NCBI GenBank assembly: GCA_964035575.1
Contig: OZ037842.1
Span: 1,736,001-1,800,000, forward strand
Direction: 5' to 3'
DNA length: 64,000 nt
Source: Rhynchopus sp. YZ270_cl-10
Taxonomy: Eukaryota
Part shown: positions 59,291 through 64,000 of the stretch, piece after piece
How positions within the stretch are numbered: position 1 is the first letter of the stretch
Layout: each line of letters begins with the position of its first letter
The notes under the pieces: generated by a model
What the model was told of the DNA's origin: nothing
The model's database searches: none
Seen by the model: the letters and a program-made list of their open reading frames with translations, nothing else
Position numbers and translations under genes: made by a program

Positions 59291-60041
59291 ACTTGAAGTA
59301 GAAGCATTGCGATGATTTTGTACTCTTTTAATTGTTTGGCGTTTATTTTTTGGAGGGGTGCCTTTTTTTGTCTTTTCTAGAGCCTCGTCTTGCGCTATTT
59401 ATGTGAACTGTTGTTGCTTCTTTTAGGGGGTTCCCCCTGCTTTTCTCTCAGGCTGCTGTCAGCATAAAAAAAAGACAAAAAAAAAAGACAAAAATACACC
59501 AACGAATGTGAAGAGTTGCAGGAACGAATTTTTTTGTTACTAGTAACGAACGGGGGTTTTTTTTTGCTTTGGCTGTGCTGCTTTGGGGAAAAACATCCTT
59601 GAACAGCATGAAAAAAAAAGGGTTAAATAGTTGGGAAGATACAATACACCTTTGACCACTGCTCTCAATATACCAACAACTGCAAAAGGAGCGGGTATCG
59701 TAAAGCGAAACGCAACATTGCTAACACCAGAAATGGAAAATTTCCGGAACACAAACAGTTATTTTGTTTGGTTGCTCCGTCAGAGATGCCCGCAAAAGTT
59801 TCTTTTAACAACTTTTCAGGGCAATTGTGTGATGAAAGCAGCTCCTGGGAAGAGCACCATTTCTCTTTTGGCAACGTGAACCTCCCCGCACCCCATTTTC
59901 CCAATTCTCTTCCTCACCCCCCCTTTCTCCCTCCGCCAACAACTCTCTCTATCTCTCCAGGAAATTTTTTTATCCCAAAAAAAAATTCAATGAAGACGAA
60001 ACCGATAGACGTTTGATGTTGATAGTTTGTCGCAAGCTATC

Positions 60042-61949
60042 ATGATGCGTTTTTTTAGCAAGGACAAGGAGACGAAAGACGCAGTGGATAATGCAAATGT
60101 CGTGGACCCTTATTACAGAGACGCAAAGGTTGTGGGGGAGTATATGTGTCTGCACAATGCGCGTGCTATCATACGACGGGACAAGTACGACAAAATCACC
60201 CGCATCAACAACTACTGTGTAAAGAAGCTGCTAGGCGAAGGACGCTACGGCGAAGTCTACCTCTGCAAGTCTATGCGGGTGCACACCTTCTTTTGCTGCA
60301 CATCTGAGACAAAGGACACAGACGACGAATTTGCCATCAAACTCGTCCGCAGATGCGACGTGAGGAAGGAAGAGTACAAGATCCTGAAGAGCGTGCAGCA
60401 CGACCACATCGTGAGTCTTGTTGAGTACATTGACGACGCGACGCACCCTTGGGTCTTTCTTGTCTTCGAAAGCCTGGGGGGTGGACCCATTGCGGTGTGT
60501 TCTGACGACGGCTGCCTGATCCGCCCCGAGAAGCCATGGACAGAGGAGAAGGCAGAACCGCTCTTCGCTCAGATGATCCTTGCACTGGAGTACCTGCACG
60601 GCAGAGGTGTCTTCCACCGCGACATCAAACCCGAGAACGTTGTCTTCACATCTCCAGAGGAAACGGACGTCAAGCTCATCGACTTCGGTGAGTCGCGAAT
60701 GCTCAAAGCTAAGGTGAAAGGTCTTGCCGACGACTCCTCACGAGTGACGAAGGGCACACCGCTGTTCATGGCCTGTGAGATGTTGAGCGGCATGCGATTC
60801 TCTGACAGCCAAGCGGACGTGTGGGCCCTCGGTGTCCTGTTCTACCTGTTGTGTACAGGGTACGTCCCCTTTGGAAGGGGTAAGAAGACGACCTTTGAGC
60901 TGCACACCCAGATCCAGTTCGAAGTGCTAACGTTCCCAGACACAATGAGCCTTCACCTGCAGGAGATGCTCACAAAGATGCTTGACAGAGATGTTGCAAA
61001 GCGAGCGTCCCTCCCGTACCTCAAACGTCACGAGTGGTTCTCAGGTGTCGCTTCAAAGGAAGGCGATTCTCTCGAAAAGTCTTCCGGCAGTTTCCGTGGG
61101 AACCCTCTCCGGAAGCGAAGCCCTGGTCTGAACACGCTTCCTTTGTTGGATGCAGATCTTGTGCGATCGAAGTCACCTTTCACCCTTGAGGAGTGCGTAA
61201 GCACACCAGTGCAGGGGGCAAAGGAAAAGGATTCGGAGTCGGCTCTCGGGTTTATTTTGGACGACTCAATCTTGGTCAAGAATATGCTTATTGTGGAAGA
61301 CAGTGGGAAGATGCGTTCGCAGTTGCGATGGTTGCTCGAACATTCGAAACTGAGCAGGGTTAATCTGGAGCTCTCTGAAATGCAATACGTAGAAGACGCA
61401 CTCGAAAAAATGCTCAATATGTCGAAGCAAGGTACACCCTTCGACCTCGTCATTATGGATATTTACCCTAGAAACAACGGAACGACTCAGACGGGGGTCG
61501 ACGCCATCATCGCGCTAAGGGAGTTTGAGCACATGGAAAATCTTGACCCAACACCTGTGTGGTTCAGTTACTCCGAGTCGGAACCGTTTCCCTTTTTGGA
61601 TGACACAATGACGAGGCTAAAAACGGGCATCATCGAGAAGCCGTTCACCACCCACCAGGCACGCTCTATATTGTGCCATCTTGGTGTGCGGTGCTGTGGC
61701 ATCCAGGAAGAGGAGTTCCAGGAGATGGTCGAGCAAAGCAACCACTTCGCGGACGCGCAGTTCATTGCGTCGCAGTGTTCTCTGAGGAAAGGCTCTCTCC
61801 CGACAGGGTACCTTGACCGCACGAACATTATCAGTGTTCCAGATGATTACACAAGCAAAGATGATGAGTTCAGCGAGGACAAACTTGAAATATCCCTCGG
61901 TTCCGGCGGGTTCGTGCGAGAGACAAGCGAGAGGTCTTTGGGTCAATAG
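60042..61949 (+). CDS. CAMKK-like Ser/Thr kinase with C-terminal response-regulator receiver domain
   Basis: LGEGRYGEV, AIK, HRDIKPEN, DFG, GTPLFMACE, DVWALG. Receiver LIVEDS...FDLVIMDI...TGVDAIIALR...TPVWFS...IIEKPF. Confidence 0.88.
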   Translation: MMRFFSKDKETKDAVDNANVVDPYYRDAKVVGEYMCLHNARAIIRRDKYDKITRINNYCVKKLLGEGRYGEVYLCKSMRVHTFFCCTSETKDTDDEFAIKLVRRCDVRKEEYKILKSVQHDHIVSLVEYIDDATHPWVFLVFESLGGGPIAVCSDDGCLIRPEKPWTEEKAEPLFAQMILALEYLHGRGVFHRDIKPENVVFTSPEETDVKLIDFGESRMLKAKVKGLADDSSRVTKGTPLFMACEMLSGMRFSDSQADVWALGVLFYLLCTGYVPFGRGKKTTFELHTQIQFEVLTFPDTMSLHLQEMLTKMLDRDVAKRASLPYLKRHEWFSGVASKEGDSLEKSSGSFRGNPLRKRSPGLNTLPLLDADLVRSKSPFTLEECVSTPVQGAKEKDSESALGFILDDSILVKNMLIVEDSGKMRSQLRWLLEHSKLSRVNLELSEMQYVEDALEKMLNMSKQGTPFDLVIMDIYPRNNGTTQTGVDAIIALREFEHMENLDPTPVWFSYSESEPFPFLDDTMTRLKTGIIEKPFTTHQARSILCHLGVRCCGIQEEEFQEMVEQSNHFADAQFIASQCSLRKGSLPTGYLDRTNIISVPDDYTSKDDEFSEDKLEISLGSGGFVRETSERSLGQ

Positions 61950-63338
61950 AGTTCAAAGCCCTCAAACTTTCTTCAAACAATCAGCTATGACAAAACGCCT
62001 GTCGTATTATTATTCTTTTGGTAGCGACTTTGCTGAGGTTCATGTTCAAACCTTGGGGGGTGGGACTTCCTCGACAAGAGTCGAGGAGTCGAGTTTTTTT
62101 TTTTTTTGGGTTTGCGAGATTCTTTTCCAAACACACCTTTCGTTTCGGAACGACTCACTTCGAGGACGAGGTCCCGAAGCAGAGTCTTTTGTTTTACAAG
62201 ATTTTACCACAGCCCAGGAAACATAGGGTGGCATATCCAAATCTAAAAAACCTTGTGTTTTTTAGTCTTACTAAGAGATGCGCCAACCACGCCCGCCCAC
62301 GTAAAGTGGTAGTGGAGGGTACATGACGGAGTGCAAAAAATTATCACTGATGCATTTTTTTTTTTTTTTTTTGAAAACTTGGTTGTATTAGTGTAGACAC
62401 CCGAGGATGAACTCCACTATTTTTTTTTGCATCGTAGCTCTCCGTCGTACTGAATAGAAATTTCCAAGGAACTAATTAAACACTCCAGTGAAAAATTGAA
62501 GCTTTTTCCCCCGATGGGGGGTGCAACTCCCAACGTTTTGGATTTCTCGAGCCGAAGGCGAATCCGAATCCGATGGAGTTGGCACCCCCCAAGGGGCGTC
62601 TTCAAATTTTCCCAGAAGTTTGTAAGTTATTGCCTCCACACAGTGTCGAAAGCCAACAATTTAGGGGGTTTGACCCACTGTGCGTCTCCATCTGTTGGTG
62701 GGTGCTTGAGAATTAGGAAATGAAGCCGAAAACTAGGAGAGGCAGGGTCATCACATCAGGCGTGTGAGAGTCTATCATAGACTTTGTCATAGTCTCTCAT
62801 TTTCCCTTTTTCCCCTTGTTCGTGGTTTATGTACACGGGAAGCAACCTCAGATGGTGTTTTCGACTTCAATTTCCGTTTGTACACCTTGATCGCGGTTTG
62901 ATGAAAAGTGGGCTTGTCGAAAATTTCAGAAATCCTTACCACAATTCTTGCACTAGCAGCGACCGCTACGGCGGAAGCTCGGGTCACCAAATCACCCCCT
63001 TTTTGGCCAAAAGTCGTGATGGGTGATTTTTGGCTTGACATTCGGAGGCAATAAAAGCAACCAGCATTTGTCATCACCTTCCAGTAAGACAGGTTGATGG
63101 TCAATAGCACAAAACAAAGAAAAAAAAGAAATGAAGTGCCCTTGCGGTTTCTGCCCTTCACAGGTGCATCACATTCCCTTTCTGCATTATTTGTTTATCC
63201 CACAAAATTTGTGGAGTCAACTGCTCTTTTTGTACACTTAAACGGTTCTGTTTTTCGACAGTGCGTTAGCTCAAAATGCGTCAAAAACACATAAAAACAC
63301 ATAAAAAAAAGTTCACCTTTTTTGCCTTAGCTCCTTAG

Positions 63339-63488
63339 CTCCTGCGCAAGCAGAACCCCGCCTGGGGCTACCGTGACGTCGCAGAAGTGCAGGAGGAGGC
63401 ACTCAAGCACAGCCTCCTGCTGCTCAATCGGTACGACATGCCGGCGAACAACTTTCTTCTCAGGTTTTCAAGAGAAGAGAAAGCGTGA
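63339..63488 (+). pseudogene. Orphan coding-like exon or gene fragment (LLRKQNPAWGYRDVAEVQEEALKHSLLLLNRYDMPANNFLLRFSREEKA*)
   Basis: GC-rich, GC3-biased 50-codon stretch after a TTAG acceptor in otherwise AT-rich DNA. No upstream exon identified. Confidence 0.3.
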
Positions 63489-63843
63489 CGGGTGTGTGAA
63501 ATAAATGGTCAAATTCCTGCAGAATTTTGCCCATTGGGGGGGTTTTAGGGGTACCCACAAAAAGACCGGGAAAGACCGTGGGTGTGTGTTGAAATGTTCT
63601 AACTTACTTCAATCCACAAATAACGTTGTCTGAGTGGACTAGTTTTGCTAGGTTGCGTAAAATCTGTGTCTGACACCCGCCTGAGTCTCTGTGGGTAAAA
63701 AATTGCCCAAAAAATAATATTAATAATTATACAAAATTCTGGGCCGAAATGTAATTATTTTTTGAATTGTTGTTCAGTTGGTTGCTTTTCCTTTGCCGTT
63801 CACATCCGCACCCATAACAGGATTATTTTACAACCAGGGAACG

Positions 63844-64000
63844 ATGAGGTCTCTGTGTGTGATGCTATTGGGCGCCCTCTCACTCCGCAGAGGTGCCACT
63901 GCGCAGTGTGCCTCGCAGCAGCCGTGGTGCAGTGCCTTCACGCCCGCTCCAGCACCACAAGTCATGTCAACGTGCCCGGATCCTGGATCCGTCATTGGCC
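63844..64000 (+). CDS. Start of a probable secreted protein (3' partial)
   Basis: ATG at 63844 opens MRSLCVMLLGALSLRRGATAQCASQQPWC..., open to the window end. Confidence 0.55.
   Translation, partial: MRSLCVMLLGALSLRRGATAQCASQQPWCSAFTPAPAPQVMSTCPDPGSVIG

Noticed and set aside
63520..63741. 10-bp inverted match CAGAATTTTG / CAAAATTCTG as possible MITE ends
   Set aside because: Too short, no TSD, no second copy in the window.
1..64000. tRNA, rRNA, SL-RNA genes, transposase/RT ORFs, stop-codon reassignment
   Set aside because: None recognisable by eye. All genes close with standard stops and splice without in-frame stops. tRNAscan-SE and Rfam would be needed to exclude small RNAs.

Overview
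Eukaryotic (protist) genomic DNA, not prokaryotic. About 24 protein-coding genes are supported, ALL on the + strand. Many are split by short GT(ATG)...CAG introns with CA-rich 3' ends, and AT-rich intergenic DNA separates them. This strand-clustered but intron-rich layout and the gene content suggest a euglenozoan such as a diplonemid (inference). Genes, in order: ZNFX1/Upf1-like SF1 helicase (5' partial); PARP6/8-like ADP-ribosyltransferase; a 4-copy tandem array of secreted dicysteine-rich proteins (fifth dispersed copy at 38.4 kb); Rab23; membrane protein; Ubl+beta-propeller protein; coiled-coil/PDZ protein; BtuF/TroA-like binding protein fusion; inositol polyphosphate 5-phosphatase; TMEM184/OSTalpha; secreted protein; bacterial GbpA-like AA10 LPMO fused to two CBM1-like modules; J-domain protein; HAMP plus degenerate nucleotide cyclase; two Cys-repeat surface proteins; TPR/ankyrin/pseudo-JmjC protein; CS-domain protein; BAR-like protein; PDI; Ser/Thr kinase-receiver fusion; start of a secreted protein. 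Non-coding highlights: a ~135-bp TG...CA mobile element in three copies, each with its own perfect 5-bp target-site duplication; two hAT/P-like MITEs; a two-copy hairpin repeat; and a degenerate stem-loop (AGATG-TGTGC-loop-GCACA-TT-CATCT) recurring in many intergenic regions. All family assignments come from motif recognition by eye; no database search was run.
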